From Bacillota bacterium (lineage in GTDB: Bacteria; Bacillota; Clostridia; TANB77; CAG-508): a stretch of 64,000 bases of DNA. A program made the position numbers and the translations under genes. The notes beneath the pieces were generated by a model, which saw nothing but the letters and a program-made list of their open reading frames with translations, had not been told where the DNA came from and made no database searches. The DNA is taken from contig CAWVJB010000080.1 of assembly GCA_963929525.1 (NCBI GenBank), positions 2,598 to 66,597 on the forward strand. The letters run 5' to 3'. This document shows positions 46,337 to 58,548 of this stretch, one piece after another (the stretch's first letter is position 1; each line of letters starts with the position of its first letter).

Positions 46337-47842
46337 TTAAGAATTTTGAGTTTCTACTAGATTTGAGTTGTCTTCATCTTGTCCATTATCTTCTTCATTT
46401 GCCGTATTATTCATTTGATTAGTGTTTTCTGTATTGTTTGTTTCATTGTTGTTTATATTATTTGAAGTACTATCTGAATTTGTATTTGAAGTGTTTGTCG
46501 TATTGCTATTATTAGATTCTGTTTGTATTACTCCCAATCTATCTAAATATTCTTCTACATTATATTTCTTATCATTAGCAATCATATAATATTGTTTTTC
46601 TCCTCCATCAATTTGCATATATATATCATCAACAAATGCCCTAATTGGTTGTTCCCCTAAAGAATTCAACAACGTATATCGATCATTCATACATGCCACA
46701 ATGAGATTGTAACTTGGTATTACTAATAGATTTTGTGCTTCTCGAATATTACCAGCAACATATCCAAAGCTATCGTATTCAAATTCAACAAGTTGATGTC
46801 CATCTGTATCAAACAATCCCCATTTGTCATTTTTCTGAACAGGTATTAACTTATCAATCAAAATATATCCTGTTTTTAAATCATTGTTTGCAAATTTAGA
46901 AATATCCACGCCGATTTGATCATTTTCTGTATGAATCACGATATGTCCATTTAAATCAATAACACCAAAATGATCATTTCTACTAACCAGGTACAATCCT
47001 GCATCATAATCCATCAATTCTATACTGTCATAATCAATAGACACTTTTGTTTTTTTATCTACTCCAATAATTCCATATTTATCATCACTACATACAATAA
47101 AATCTCCTGTAGCTTCTTGATATTTAATGTCATCATATTTGCATTCTAAAATTTCTGTTCCGTCATTTACATTTATAACTCCATAATATCTATCATCTGA
47201 CACAACTAACATATTTCTGATTGCTGTTTTTTCATTGTCAAAAGTTTCACTTAATTTTGTATACCCGTAATCTAAAATTGTATTTGTGTAAGCATTAATT
47301 AAATATGGTGTCGTATAAATTGTAATTGTATTGTTTTGTTCATTATAAAAGAAACTAGAATTAAATGCCTTTTGCATTCCATCAGTCGTTATATATAATT
47401 CTCCTTCTATAGCTTTTACAGGCTTATCCATATATACATAAGTATAATTATTATCATTATCTTCCAAATTCAATTTATATATCTTATTAGAATTTAATGT
47501 CAGATTTGCTACTTCTTCTGTACATTCAACATAACATTTGCTTTGTTCTTCTGATTTATTTTTATATTCTCCATTAAAACTATTATACCCTAGATAGCTA
47601 GCAATTGCTCTTATCGGTACATAAATTGTTCCGTCTTCTTCAAAATGTAATAAATTTTTAACATCTGCATTTTGTACATCATTTACATATACTCGCAATT
47701 CTGCTCCTTGTAAATACATCATATATGAAACAATTCCTATAATTGCCATTAGGATGATAACAATCAAAACAATTATTATTGGAATCATTTTTTTTGTTTT
47801 GTTTTCTTTATTGTTTGAATAATCTTCATCTAACAAATTCAT
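46337..47842 (-). CDS. WG-repeat (KWG) protein with N-terminal TM helix and N/T/S-rich C-terminal tail
   Basis: Repeats DKWGLFD, DHFGVIDLNG, DKYGIIG, RYYGVINVNDG. Copper-amine-oxidase-N-like stalk (YVPIRAIASYLGY). Confidence 0.7.
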   Translation of the reverse strand: MNLLDEDYSNNKENKTKKMIPIIIVLIVIILMAIIGIVSYMMYLQGAELRVYVNDVQNADVKNLLHFEEDGTIYVPIRAIASYLGYNSFNGEYKNKSEEQSKCYVECTEEVANLTLNSNKIYKLNLEDNDNNYTYVYMDKPVKAIEGELYITTDGMQKAFNSSFFYNEQNNTITIYTTPYLINAYTNTILDYGYTKLSETFDNEKTAIRNMLVVSDDRYYGVINVNDGTEILECKYDDIKYQEATGDFIVCSDDKYGIIGVDKKTKVSIDYDSIELMDYDAGLYLVSRNDHFGVIDLNGHIVIHTENDQIGVDISKFANNDLKTGYILIDKLIPVQKNDKWGLFDTDGHQLVEFEYDSFGYVAGNIREAQNLLVIPSYNLIVACMNDRYTLLNSLGEQPIRAFVDDIYMQIDGGEKQYYMIANDKKYNVEEYLDRLGVIQTESNNSNTTNTSNTNSDSTSNNINNNETNNTENTNQMNNTANEEDNGQDEDNSNLVETQNS

Positions 47843-47860
47843 ATACACCCTCCTATTTTC

Positions 47861-49118
<1,258 letters not shown>

Positions 49119-50141
49119 TTACTTAATAAACATAGCATCTCCAAAACTAAAAAATCGGTATTTCTCTTTTACTGCTTCATTGTATGCTTTCATAATATAG
49201 TCTTTTCCTGCTAAAGCAGATACTAACATTAATAACGTAGATTGTGGCAAATGGAAGTTGGTAATTAATGCATCTAGGCATTTAAAATGATAGCCTGGAT
49301 AGATAAAGATACTGGTATCTGCTTCTGTTTCTTTTACCAATCCATTTTCATCTGCAATCGTTTCTAAAACTCTACAAGAAGTTGTTCCAACAGCAATGAC
49401 TCTTTTCCCTTGTTTTTTTGTTTCGTTAATTTTTTGAACATCTTCTTGTTTGATATAAAAATGTTCTGTATGCATTTCATGATTTTCTACATTTTCTTCT
49501 TTTACAGGTCTAAAAGTTCCTATACCAACATGTAATGTTACATTTGCAATTTTTACACCTTTTTCTTCTATTTTTTTTAATAATTCTGGTGTAAAATGTA
49601 AACCTGCTGTTGGTGCTGCTGCTGAACCATCATATTTTGCATAAACCGTTTGATATCTGTCATTATCTTTTAGTTCTTCATGAATGTATGGTGGTAATGG
49701 CATTAATCCTATCTTGTCTAATATTTCATTAAATATTCCTTTATATGAAAATTTAACTTTTCTTGTTCCGCCTGGCATAATGTCTAAAATTTCAGCTATT
49801 AATAATCCATCACCAAAAATAACTTTTGTTCCTGCATGAAGTTTATTTCCTGGTCTTACGATTGTTTCCCAAATATCCCCTTCTATATTTTTTAGTAATA
49901 AAAACTCTACTTTTGCTCCTGTTTCTTTTTTTCCATAAATTCTGGCAGGAATCACCTTTGTATTATTTCTTACTAAACAATCTCCCGGCTCTAAATAGTC
50001 AATAATATCTTTAAATGTTTTATGTTCAATTGTTTGTTTACTTCTATCTAAAACCATTAATCTTGATTCATCTCTTTTTTCTATTGGTGTTTGTGCAATT
50101 AATTCTTCTGGTAAATCATAATTAAATTCTGATACTTTCAT
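49119..50141 (-). CDS. queA: S-adenosylmethionine:tRNA ribosyltransferase-isomerase
   Basis: [31 protein letters not shown]. Confidence 0.95.
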   Translation of the reverse strand: MKVSEFNYDLPEELIAQTPIEKRDESRLMVLDRSKQTIEHKTFKDIIDYLEPGDCLVRNNTKVIPARIYGKKETGAKVEFLLLKNIEGDIWETIVRPGNKLHAGTKVIFGDGLLIAEILDIMPGGTRKVKFSYKGIFNEILDKIGLMPLPPYIHEELKDNDRYQTVYAKYDGSAAAPTAGLHFTPELLKKIEEKGVKIANVTLHVGIGTFRPVKEENVENHEMHTEHFYIKQEDVQKINETKKQGKRVIAVGTTSCRVLETIADENGLVKETEADTSIFIYPGYHFKCLDALITNFHLPQSTLLMLVSALAGKDYIMKAYNEAVKEKYRFFSFGDAMFIK

Positions 50142-50191
50142 GAGTCCTCCTTAACACTTTTCTTTTAATGTTATATTACTCTTTGTTGTTT

Positions 50192-50334
50192 TTTGTAGTA
50201 TACGAAAAGCAATTTTTCTTTTCAAAATAAAATGTTAAATACTTATTTTCATTTTGAGCCTAAATAACTTAAAATTTCATATTGTTTCCTATACCACAAA
50301 AAATGTCCCAAACAGAAACGTCCCCAAAAGGACA
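50192..50334. repeat. long family-F repeat followed by a family-A repeat (50304-50334)
   Basis: Aligns with 58310-58414. The A copy follows the TGA stop of the upstream gene by 3 nt. Confidence 0.75.
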
Positions 50335-50337
50335 TTT

Positions 50338-51699
50338 TCATGACTTTCCTAGGATAAGTCCAATATTGGTAAATAAATTCTCAAATATGTTTCTAATTTC
50401 CTCAATGATATTTTGTGGCTCTGTATAAATTTTTAAATCATATGCATATTCAAAATTTGATTTTTTAGCAGGCTTTAATGTATATATTTCATTTGGCAAT
50501 CCTACATATCCGTTTGATGTATATATTTCTTGATTCATATAATCCTTATACCATTCTTTTTGTCCTATTAAATATTCATTTTCATAACCATATTCTTTAT
50601 AATCATGTAATGCAGGTATGGTATATCCATATTCTTTTGCTGTTCTTTCTAATGAATGTAAAAATTCATGCAAAAATACTTCTTCTGGAAATTGATTTAC
50701 CCTCACATCATACTTATATATATAACTTTTTGAACTATTTGGTAATCGAATGTTTGAAAATCCTATTCCGTAATAATCCATACCACCTAATCCAATCCAA
50801 TCTCTAATTTCTATATCATCTTGATATTCTTCATTCCCTAATCTTACAACGACAAAAATGTGATCATAATTATGTTGATTAATGATATCTTTAATTTGTG
50901 TTTCTATATCTTCTGGTGCTATATAATAACCAAACTCATCATCATATGATAATGATGTAATTGAATCTTGTATTTCATATATATCACACTTTGCAATCAT
51001 TTTTCCTTCTGATAGTTGTTTACAAGAATTTTCAAAGCGCTTTATTGTATTTTTGATATCTATCATATCTGTATTAGTTACTTGTATATCAATTTTTTTG
51101 TTATCTATTGTAACATTTGTATTTTCAAAGATGAAACAAGCAAAATTCCAATCACTATCTTCTTCTGCTTGTCCTTCTTCTATTTTAAGATCAGAAAACC
51201 ATGCTTCTCCTCTAGCATATCCTCCTATTCCTCCTAAACGAAAGGCAATATCTACTATATCTCTATTTTTGGAATTAAATATAAATTCTACTTCTTGCCA
51301 ATCACTATCTCCACTAATCGTAACAGATCTTTCGACTGTATCAGAAATGGAAATTTGTGCTCCAATGCTAGAAGCTTTTTTATCTGCTTGTACTCCTTTA
51401 GTTTTTATCATACATGATACTTTATATGGTGTATTTTTTTCTACTTTTATTTCTTTTGAAAACATCGCATCATTAAATTCAGTAGATGTTATTTTATAAC
51501 TATTGCTATCAGAATATTTTACAAATTTATCTCTTTTAAATTCTGATATACCTAAATTTGCTTCACTTCTAATAAAATCATTAAAATTATGACTTTGATA
51601 AAATTGATAAGCAAAATAGATAGCAATGATTAAAATAATAAAGGTAATGCTATTAATTATACTTTTTTTCATATTTCCTATCATTCCTTTTTTGGACAC
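50338..51699 (-). CDS. membrane-anchored putative zinc metalloprotease (HExxH)
   Basis: N-terminal TM helix, beta-rich domain, LHEFLHSLE motif. Start codon uncertain. Confidence 0.5.
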   Translation of the reverse strand: MSKKGMIGNMKKSIINSITFIILIIAIYFAYQFYQSHNFNDFIRSEANLGISEFKRDKFVKYSDSNSYKITSTEFNDAMFSKEIKVEKNTPYKVSCMIKTKGVQADKKASSIGAQISISDTVERSVTISGDSDWQEVEFIFNSKNRDIVDIAFRLGGIGGYARGEAWFSDLKIEEGQAEEDSDWNFACFIFENTNVTIDNKKIDIQVTNTDMIDIKNTIKRFENSCKQLSEGKMIAKCDIYEIQDSITSLSYDDEFGYYIAPEDIETQIKDIINQHNYDHIFVVVRLGNEEYQDDIEIRDWIGLGGMDYYGIGFSNIRLPNSSKSYIYKYDVRVNQFPEEVFLHEFLHSLERTAKEYGYTIPALHDYKEYGYENEYLIGQKEWYKDYMNQEIYTSNGYVGLPNEIYTLKPAKKSNFEYAYDLKIYTEPQNIIEEIRNIFENLFTNIGLILGKS

Positions 51700-51725
51700 A
51701 AAACTGGTTGGAAAAATCTTTTATT

Positions 51726-53285
51726 CTACTTTTTTTCAAATAATGTAAATTGATAACTACAATTTTGATATGCTATTTTATATTCTTTTGCTTCTATGAT
51801 TGTATTCATGTTATCTTTTGGTACATCTTTATATATATTACTTCCCACTGTTCCTACAACCCATACTCTTCCTTGATAATTATCTAAGATTTCATCATAA
51901 CTATATACTGTTTCCATTGCTGGTGCATATGCCTTATATGCTTCTTCTACATCCCAATACCATTGGTTGTAAAAATATTGTTTATTATCTGGAAAATAGG
52001 AAGCTAATACTCCTCCGACTCCTATTTCATTATATATGATTATATCATCTTTTTGTATATTTTCTTCCATAAAATTCATTACTTCTTTGTTTGATGTATC
52101 ATAATTGTTTTTTATAGAATTATAATTTCCAATAAAACTTAAAATTAATATTACTGCACATATGATTCCTGTTACCCATTTTCTTTCTTCTTTCGCCATG
52201 AAAAAAGCAAAAACGAAAATATATAGACCTGTCAAAGTTAATAAATATCTTCCCACTAATATTGGACTTCCTATTAATGATATGATTAAAACTGCTACTA
52301 TTACTGTTATATATATGATAATAGATATAACAGCTGGTAAAATTTTTTCTTTGATTTTCTTTGCTTTATATATTCTATACCCCATGTAAATATATAATAC
52401 TATAGATACTATTAATGATATAATAGCTGTAGCATTAATCGTTGAATCTGTTTGTACTCTAAATTGAAAACTTGGTACTTCTATTAAGGTGTTTAAATTT
52501 AATTGAATCCAAAATCCTCCACCTACACGTGTCATTTGTTCTATTAAAAATAATAGCCAAGGGATATATAATATTACTTGAACGATTGCTGCTATTAGAA
52601 ATTTTTTTAATGGTTTTGATATCTCTTTTTTATCTTTTACATCTAAATCTTTTTGCTTTCTTGCTTTTAATACATTTTTTATTAAGAATATAAATAATAT
52701 CAGATTTATAAGCCCTGCTGTTGCTAGAGCATAATAATGCGTATAACATGATAATATACTGAATATAGCAAATATAATCAAGTTTTTGTTTTGATTTTCC
52801 ATTGCATTTTTATCTTTTACTGATTTGTAAAATCTATATGCATATATAGCCATGATTGTTACCAATAAATATGCTAATGAATACATTCTAATCTCTTGAC
52901 TATATATACAGATAACTGGTAAGAAATACACTAAAAATGAAAATAGCATTCCTATCTTTTCTCCAAAATCTTTTCGTATATGTGTATATCCTAATACTCC
53001 TAAAATAGCTATTGCCAAAACAGAAAATAGTCGGAAAGCAATGTTTTGATCCCCAAAAATCATCCATATAATATGTAACATCCAATAATATAGTGGTGGA
53101 TGGACATCATGTCCTGTTATGTTCCATATTTCACTAAAACTATGTCTTGCAATAGACACAGAATAACTTTCATCAAACCAAATATTTTCATGAAAAGCTG
53201 ATAAACTGATAAATATAATTCCTAATATAATAATTCCTATATGTATATATTTATTTTTTTTGTCAATCTTTTTTAGTTGTTCCAT
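51726..53285 (-). CDS. GT-C fold membrane glycosyltransferase (PMT_2/ArnT-like, GT39/GT83-like)
   Basis: 519 aa, more than 10 TM helices, first-loop acidic motif WFDESYS, soluble C-terminal domain. Confidence 0.55.
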   Translation of the reverse strand: MEQLKKIDKKNKYIHIGIIILGIIFISLSAFHENIWFDESYSVSIARHSFSEIWNITGHDVHPPLYYWMLHIIWMIFGDQNIAFRLFSVLAIAILGVLGYTHIRKDFGEKIGMLFSFLVYFLPVICIYSQEIRMYSLAYLLVTIMAIYAYRFYKSVKDKNAMENQNKNLIIFAIFSILSCYTHYYALATAGLINLILFIFLIKNVLKARKQKDLDVKDKKEISKPLKKFLIAAIVQVILYIPWLLFLIEQMTRVGGGFWIQLNLNTLIEVPSFQFRVQTDSTINATAIISLIVSIVLYIYMGYRIYKAKKIKEKILPAVISIIIYITVIVAVLIISLIGSPILVGRYLLTLTGLYIFVFAFFMAKEERKWVTGIICAVILILSFIGNYNSIKNNYDTSNKEVMNFMEENIQKDDIIIYNEIGVGGVLASYFPDNKQYFYNQWYWDVEEAYKAYAPAMETVYSYDEILDNYQGRVWVVGTVGSNIYKDVPKDNMNTIIEAKEYKIAYQNCSYQFTLFEKK

Positions 53286-53426
53286 GTTTAATTTTTCCTT
53301 TCACTATTATTGCAAATTCATTGGATAAATCTTATTTTTCAACAATAATAAGTGGAACATTATTCTATTGTCATTTTTAACAACATTTAAAACGTCCACT
53401 TATCTTTTTAATTTATTCTATTTATT

Positions 53427-54692
53427 TTAAACTAATTCTTTTTCAGTTTGCACTTTACTATTATCAGAAACATCTGCTATTTTTATACTTCTTACATGGT
53501 TTATCTTCTCCCATGAAGTATTTCTAATAAATAAGCATTTAAAGTTTATACATATCCATGTTAATAAAAATAGTGGATAACAAAGTAATCCTTTTGCCAT
53601 AGGTTTAATCTTTCTTCCATCTAGCCACATTGCAAACATTCCTATAAATATTGGTAACACAAATGTTGGAACTAAATACATAATTAAGTTTTTGATTAAT
53701 TCTGCCGTTGTAATAGATGCTGAATTATACATAATAAAGTTTGTTAATAATAATGCAATCGTTATAATAAACATTGGAATACTACCTACAATATAAAATA
53801 ATCCATCTAAATTAATCATTTTTTTGTTTTCTTTAGCTGCTATTACTAATTCTTTTGTATATTTCTTTATACATTGAATATGTCCAACTGTCCATCTACT
53901 TCTTTGTGACCAACTTTGTTTAAACCCTGTAGGTTGTTCATCATATACAATCGCATCTGTTGCCCAACCTAATTTTTTACCTTTTATAATTCTTTTTAAA
54001 GAGAATTCAATATCTTCTGTTAAGGTTTCTGTATCCCAACCTTGTGGTTTGATAACATCAAATTTTACCATAAAACCTGTACCATTTAATAATGGTGATA
54101 ATCCAATATTGTATCTAGCTAAATGATAAAATCTATGCATTTGCCAATAGAAAATAGCATATCCTGCTGTTATCCAGTTATCAGATGGATTTTTGATATC
54201 TCTATAACCTTGTACAACATCTTCTCCTTGGCATAATTTTTTATTCATATTTTTTATAAAATTCTTGTCAACAATATTATCTGCATCAAATACAAAGAAA
54301 GCATCATATGGTGCATCTTCTGCAATTTTTTGTTGTAAAAACCAATTTAATGCATATCCTTTTGTTTTTTTCGTTTCATCAAATCTTTCATAAACAATGG
54401 CACCAGCTTCTTTTGCAATTTTCGCTGTATTATCTGTACAGTTATCTGCAATAACATATATGTCATATAAATCTTTATTATATGTTTGATTTTTTAAACT
54501 TTCAATTAAATTTCCTACAACCGCTTCTTCATTATGTGCTGGTATAATTGCCATAAAACGATGGTCTTTTTTTACTTTTAAAGGTTTATCTTTTAATTTT
54601 ACTAAAGAACATAAACTAACGACAACTTGATATAACCAAAATATTGTTACTGTCCATACTAAAGCTTCTCTTAGTATATATAAATAATCCAT
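53427..54692 (-). CDS. family 2 glycosyltransferase, membrane-integrated, processive type
   Basis: IIPAHNEE, VFDADN, QRSRW (QxxRW), C-terminal TM helices. Confidence 0.8.
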   Translation of the reverse strand: MDYLYILREALVWTVTIFWLYQVVVSLCSLVKLKDKPLKVKKDHRFMAIIPAHNEEAVVGNLIESLKNQTYNKDLYDIYVIADNCTDNTAKIAKEAGAIVYERFDETKKTKGYALNWFLQQKIAEDAPYDAFFVFDADNIVDKNFIKNMNKKLCQGEDVVQGYRDIKNPSDNWITAGYAIFYWQMHRFYHLARYNIGLSPLLNGTGFMVKFDVIKPQGWDTETLTEDIEFSLKRIIKGKKLGWATDAIVYDEQPTGFKQSWSQRSRWTVGHIQCIKKYTKELVIAAKENKKMINLDGLFYIVGSIPMFIITIALLLTNFIMYNSASITTAELIKNLIMYLVPTFVLPIFIGMFAMWLDGRKIKPMAKGLLCYPLFLLTWICINFKCLFIRNTSWEKINHVRSIKIADVSDNSKVQTEKELV

Positions 54693-54812
54693 TTTTTTAC
54701 CTCTCTTTTTAATAATACTTTCTATATATTATTATACTACCTTTTATATTATACTATTATTGGCAAAATATTGCAACTTTTTTAATAAAATTTAATATTT
54801 TTTTAATAAATT

Positions 54813-56150
54813 TTATCTACCTCTTTCTCCACGCATGTTTTCAGCATCTGCTTCTATATCTTCTTCTACATCTTTTTGGAATTCTGCTAAAGTTTTATCT
54901 TCTTCTTTTCTATCCCATGCTCTTTCTACCATCTCTTTAACTTCTCTTTTCGTAAACTTATCAGCAATTTCATCATTTCTCATTAATAGCTCTACTGTAT
55001 CATCTATATGGTTATGTTTTGCTGTATTTGGATTTCCATCCAAATCTTCTTGCTCCATTTCTTCACACGGTTCTTCTTGGGCATTTTCATGTTGTTTTGC
55101 TTCTTGATATGAAGCTTCTACTGAACGATATCCATCTTGATATTCTTGTGATAATTTTTGTGTTTGTTCATCCATCCCCTCTACCGCATTTTTCGAATTG
55201 GAAGTTTCCAATTGTTTATCTAAGCTCTTATTTCCTTCCATACCATTCCCACCGATTGTTTTATCTGCTGAATGATATACTTCTACTTCTCCATATTGTC
55301 TTTTTTCTATCCCAATTGTTTCTTGTCCTTGTATTTTTAATCTAGTTAATACATCTCCTTTTTTTGCAGGTTGATTCTTGTTTTGACTAACTTGATAGAC
55401 TTGCTCTTCTGGATTTGTTCCTTCTTGTGTATCATTTTCTAAGTCTAAAGCCCTCACAATTGGTTTTCCATCTTTTCCAGTCTTGTTTGTTGTGACAACC
55501 GTTTCATATCTTGATGAGTGTCCTTCTAGTCTTTTACCATTTTCATCTCTTAAATTGTCTAATTCATCTGATTCCACAATCCCTAGTTTCCCATGTCTTT
55601 CATCTGAGTCTTTAATCTTTCCTGCTTTTTCCAGTTTTTCTCCTAGTGAGTCCATGTCTGTTGCCATTGTATCCATGGCTACTTCTTGTTTGATTTGTAT
55701 ATCTCCTGTTGTATTTTCTGTTTTATGTTCCTTTTTTTGTTTTTTTGATTGTTTATCATCTTTTTCTGTTTTCTTCTCTTTTTCTTGTGCTTCATTTTCT
55801 TTTTCTCTTCCTATAGTCTTTTCATATCCCATTTTTTTGTCGTAAACATTTTCTTCCTTCTGTTGTTCTTGTTCTCTTTCAGTTTCTAAAATTTCTTCTT
55901 TTCCTGTTTTTTCTATAATTTGTGTTATTTCGTCTTTTATTTGGTCTGATAGCGCATTTTCTAATGTATTTTCTCTAAAAATTATCAATGAATCAGCCAT
56001 CACATTTGGATCAAATACACCCACAACTTTTTCTCCTAAAATATACTGATATAACTCCCCATCTTTTTTTACTCTTAATTGTTTTTCTTCACCTTTTACT
56101 ATTACATTACCTAATACTTTCATATCTTTTTTTATGTATATACTATACAT
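54813..56150 (-). CDS. hypothetical highly charged (E/K/D-rich) protein
   Basis: 445-aa ORF with AAAGGAG RBS. First gene of the apparent GT cluster. Confidence 0.6.
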   Translation of the reverse strand: MYSIYIKKDMKVLGNVIVKGEEKQLRVKKDGELYQYILGEKVVGVFDPNVMADSLIIFRENTLENALSDQIKDEITQIIEKTGKEEILETEREQEQQKEENVYDKKMGYEKTIGREKENEAQEKEKKTEKDDKQSKKQKKEHKTENTTGDIQIKQEVAMDTMATDMDSLGEKLEKAGKIKDSDERHGKLGIVESDELDNLRDENGKRLEGHSSRYETVVTTNKTGKDGKPIVRALDLENDTQEGTNPEEQVYQVSQNKNQPAKKGDVLTRLKIQGQETIGIEKRQYGEVEVYHSADKTIGGNGMEGNKSLDKQLETSNSKNAVEGMDEQTQKLSQEYQDGYRSVEASYQEAKQHENAQEEPCEEMEQEDLDGNPNTAKHNHIDDTVELLMRNDEIADKFTKREVKEMVERAWDRKEEDKTLAEFQKDVEEDIEADAENMRGERGR

Positions 56151-56323
56151 ATCTCCTTTCTCTATATTTTACTATTTAGAGTCTTTTCCTTTTTTTATTA
56201 TAATACATTTTTTTCGTTTCTTCAATATTTTTAAAAAATTCATTTACTATTCTTATGTTTTATATTATAATAAATAGTAGGGATGAATAGCTTTCTCATC
56301 CAAAAAAATAAAAAGGGGTTATT

Positions 56324-56863
56324 ATGGAGAATAATATCAAAAAATGTGATTCCATAAATAATAAAGAATTCATAAGCATTATTGAAGATTTAATAAATAG
56401 TGAGACTGTGCAAGAAATGAAAAAATATAGACAACATTATGAAACTAGCTGTTTTGACCATTGCTATATGGTATCTTATTATTGTTATTTGATATGCAAA
56501 AAATATCATTTAGATTACATATCAGCAACTAGAGCAGCTATGCTACACGACTTGTTTTTGTATGACTGGCGTGTTCGAGAACCTAATAGAAAAGGATTAC
56601 ATGCCTTCACTCATGGAAAAACAGCTTGTGACAATGCCAGCAAATTATTTGATTTGTCTCAAAAAGAAAAAGATATGATTTTGACACATATGTGGCCAGT
56701 AACATTAAAGTTTCCAACCTCTATTGAAGGATTCATCTTAACTTTTGTGGATAAATATTGTGCCACAGCTGAAACTTTTGAAGTATTAAAATCTAAAATG
56801 TTTATGAAAAAAGCTTTTCGATATGCTTATGTGTTTTTTAGTTTATTAATGATACGCTTTTAA
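56324..56863 (+). CDS. HD-domain phosphohydrolase
   Basis: H...HD (MLHDLFLYD) and downstream His residues; 179 aa. Confidence 0.7.
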   Translation: MENNIKKCDSINNKEFISIIEDLINSETVQEMKKYRQHYETSCFDHCYMVSYYCYLICKKYHLDYISATRAAMLHDLFLYDWRVREPNRKGLHAFTHGKTACDNASKLFDLSQKEKDMILTHMWPVTLKFPTSIEGFILTFVDKYCATAETFEVLKSKMFMKKAFRYAYVFFSLLMIRF

Positions 56864-56883
56864 TAATTTATTTCCTATATAAA

Positions 56884-56909
56884 AACGTTTCTTATAGAAG
56901 CGTTTTTTT
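56884..56909 (+). terminator. terminator of the HD-domain gene
   Basis: aacgtttct tat agaagcgtt followed by T7. Confidence 0.65.
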
Positions 56910-56910
56910 C

Positions 56911-57152
56911 GTTACAATTCACAGCCCAATAAAGGACAGGGAAAGGTTATGTTATTCTAGATTGAATGGATTTCGAATGTGATTGGAGTACTTGTAGTCT
57001 TTCTTAATTTAAAACAAATGAGGAAGCGGAAATAGCGAGAGGCTCGTTTGTTTTAGATTTAGAAAGGCTAAAGTACGCATTGAACCGAAAAATTTATGAA
57101 ATCTAGAATAACATAACCTTTCTCTGTCCTTTATTGGGCTGTGAATTGTAAC
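56911..57152. mobile_element. 242-bp MITE-like element (family H) with 52-bp terminal inverted repeats
   Basis: 56911-56962 is the reverse complement of 57101-57152 (1 mismatch). The interior is also self-complementary. Confidence 0.75.
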
Positions 57153-57283
57153 ATTTTTTCTTTATGTATTCAATAAACTTTTCATTTTCTATTCTCTTTT
57201 TATACATTTTGTAATATAATGGCAGTATATAAAAATATAATTATATTTTTATCTATATATATAAAGAAAATTAGGTGATTTAT

Positions 57284-58165
57284 ATGAAAAAAATTTTATT
57301 CAAAGGCTGTGGAACAGCTATCAGTACACCTTTTGACGAAAATGGTGTTAATCTTAAAGAATTTGAAAGACTTGTTAATTTTCAAATCAAAAATGGCGTA
57401 GATGCCATTATTGTGTGTGGAACGACAGGAGAATCTTCTACTATGACAGAAGAAGAAAAAGATGCTACCATTTCTTGTGCTGTCAAAACCGCTAATGGAC
57501 GAGTACCAATTATCGCTGGTACTGGTGGAAATAACACAATGAAAGTTATTGAAAATTCTAAAAAAGCAGAAACTTTAGGTGTTGATGGACTTTTAATTGT
57601 TACACCTTATTACAATAAATGCACACAAAAGGGATTAATTGAACATTATAAAGTAATAGCTGAAAGTGTATCTCTACCAATTATTTTGTATAGTGTACCA
57701 AGTAGAACTGGTGTTAATATTTTACCAGAAACTTGTTTAGAATTATCTAAAATGGATAACATTGTTGCTATCAAAGAAGCAAGTGGCAATTTATCACAAG
57801 TAGCCGAAATTGCCCATTTATGTGGAGATAATTTACATATTTATTCAGGAAATGATGATCAAATATTACCTATTTTATCATTAGGAGGACTTGGTGTCAT
57901 ATCTGTTTTATCAAATGTAAAACCACAATATACGCATGATATGGTTCAAAACTTTTTTGATGGTAATATTGAAAAAGCTACAAAGATGCAATTAGATGCT
58001 TTACCTTTGGTAAAAGCTTTATTTTCAGAGGTTAACCCTATTCCTGTTAAAGCTGCTTTAAATCATATTGGCTATCACTATGGAATTCCTAGATTACCAC
58101 TTACCAAAATGAGTAGTGATAAAGAACAAAAATTAATTGAAGAATTAGATAAATTAAAGGAATAG
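57284..58165 (+). CDS. dapA: 4-hydroxy-tetrahydrodipicolinate synthase
   Basis: GTTGES, YNK, active-site Lys region AIKEASG. The ATG at 57284 has an AGGTGA RBS. Confidence 0.95.
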   Translation: MKKILFKGCGTAISTPFDENGVNLKEFERLVNFQIKNGVDAIIVCGTTGESSTMTEEEKDATISCAVKTANGRVPIIAGTGGNNTMKVIENSKKAETLGVDGLLIVTPYYNKCTQKGLIEHYKVIAESVSLPIILYSVPSRTGVNILPETCLELSKMDNIVAIKEASGNLSQVAEIAHLCGDNLHIYSGNDDQILPILSLGGLGVISVLSNVKPQYTHDMVQNFFDGNIEKATKMQLDALPLVKALFSEVNPIPVKAALNHIGYHYGIPRLPLTKMSSDKEQKLIEELDKLKE

Positions 58166-58185
58166 ATAACAAATTCTACTTATAG

Positions 58186-58414
58186 GAACAATAGCTGGCT
58201 TTTTTTAATATTTTTTCTGTTCTTAACATTTTAAAGCCCGTGTTATTGTTCGTGCGCCAAATTTTACGTTAGTAAAATTTGTGTACAATCGTTAGAACGA
58301 AGCGACGTTCTTGTATAGAAAAAACTCGATTTTTCTTTTGAAAATAAAATGTAAGAAATTTATTTTCACTTTGAGTCTAAGTAACTTAAAGTTTCATATT
58401 GTTTCCTATACAAG
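58186..58414. repeat. family-E repeat plus long family-F repeat between dapA and dapB
   Basis: E part aligns with 37074-37198; F part aligns with 50192-50299. Confidence 0.75.
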
Positions 58415-58548
58415 AAAAAAAATATAATGAAGTTATATTTTCGAAATTACGAATTATACATAAATTTAAATAAGCTATAATAACGTATGTAGTAAACAAA
58501 TCATAATGAATTTTAATAATAAAATTTTGTAAATAATGGAGGTATCAA

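Noticed and set aside
57153-57283. Lysine riboswitch (L-box) upstream of dapA
   Set aside because: Only about 130 nt of very AT-rich spacer remain after the MITE. No L-box helices or conserved AGAGGCGC-type core are visible.
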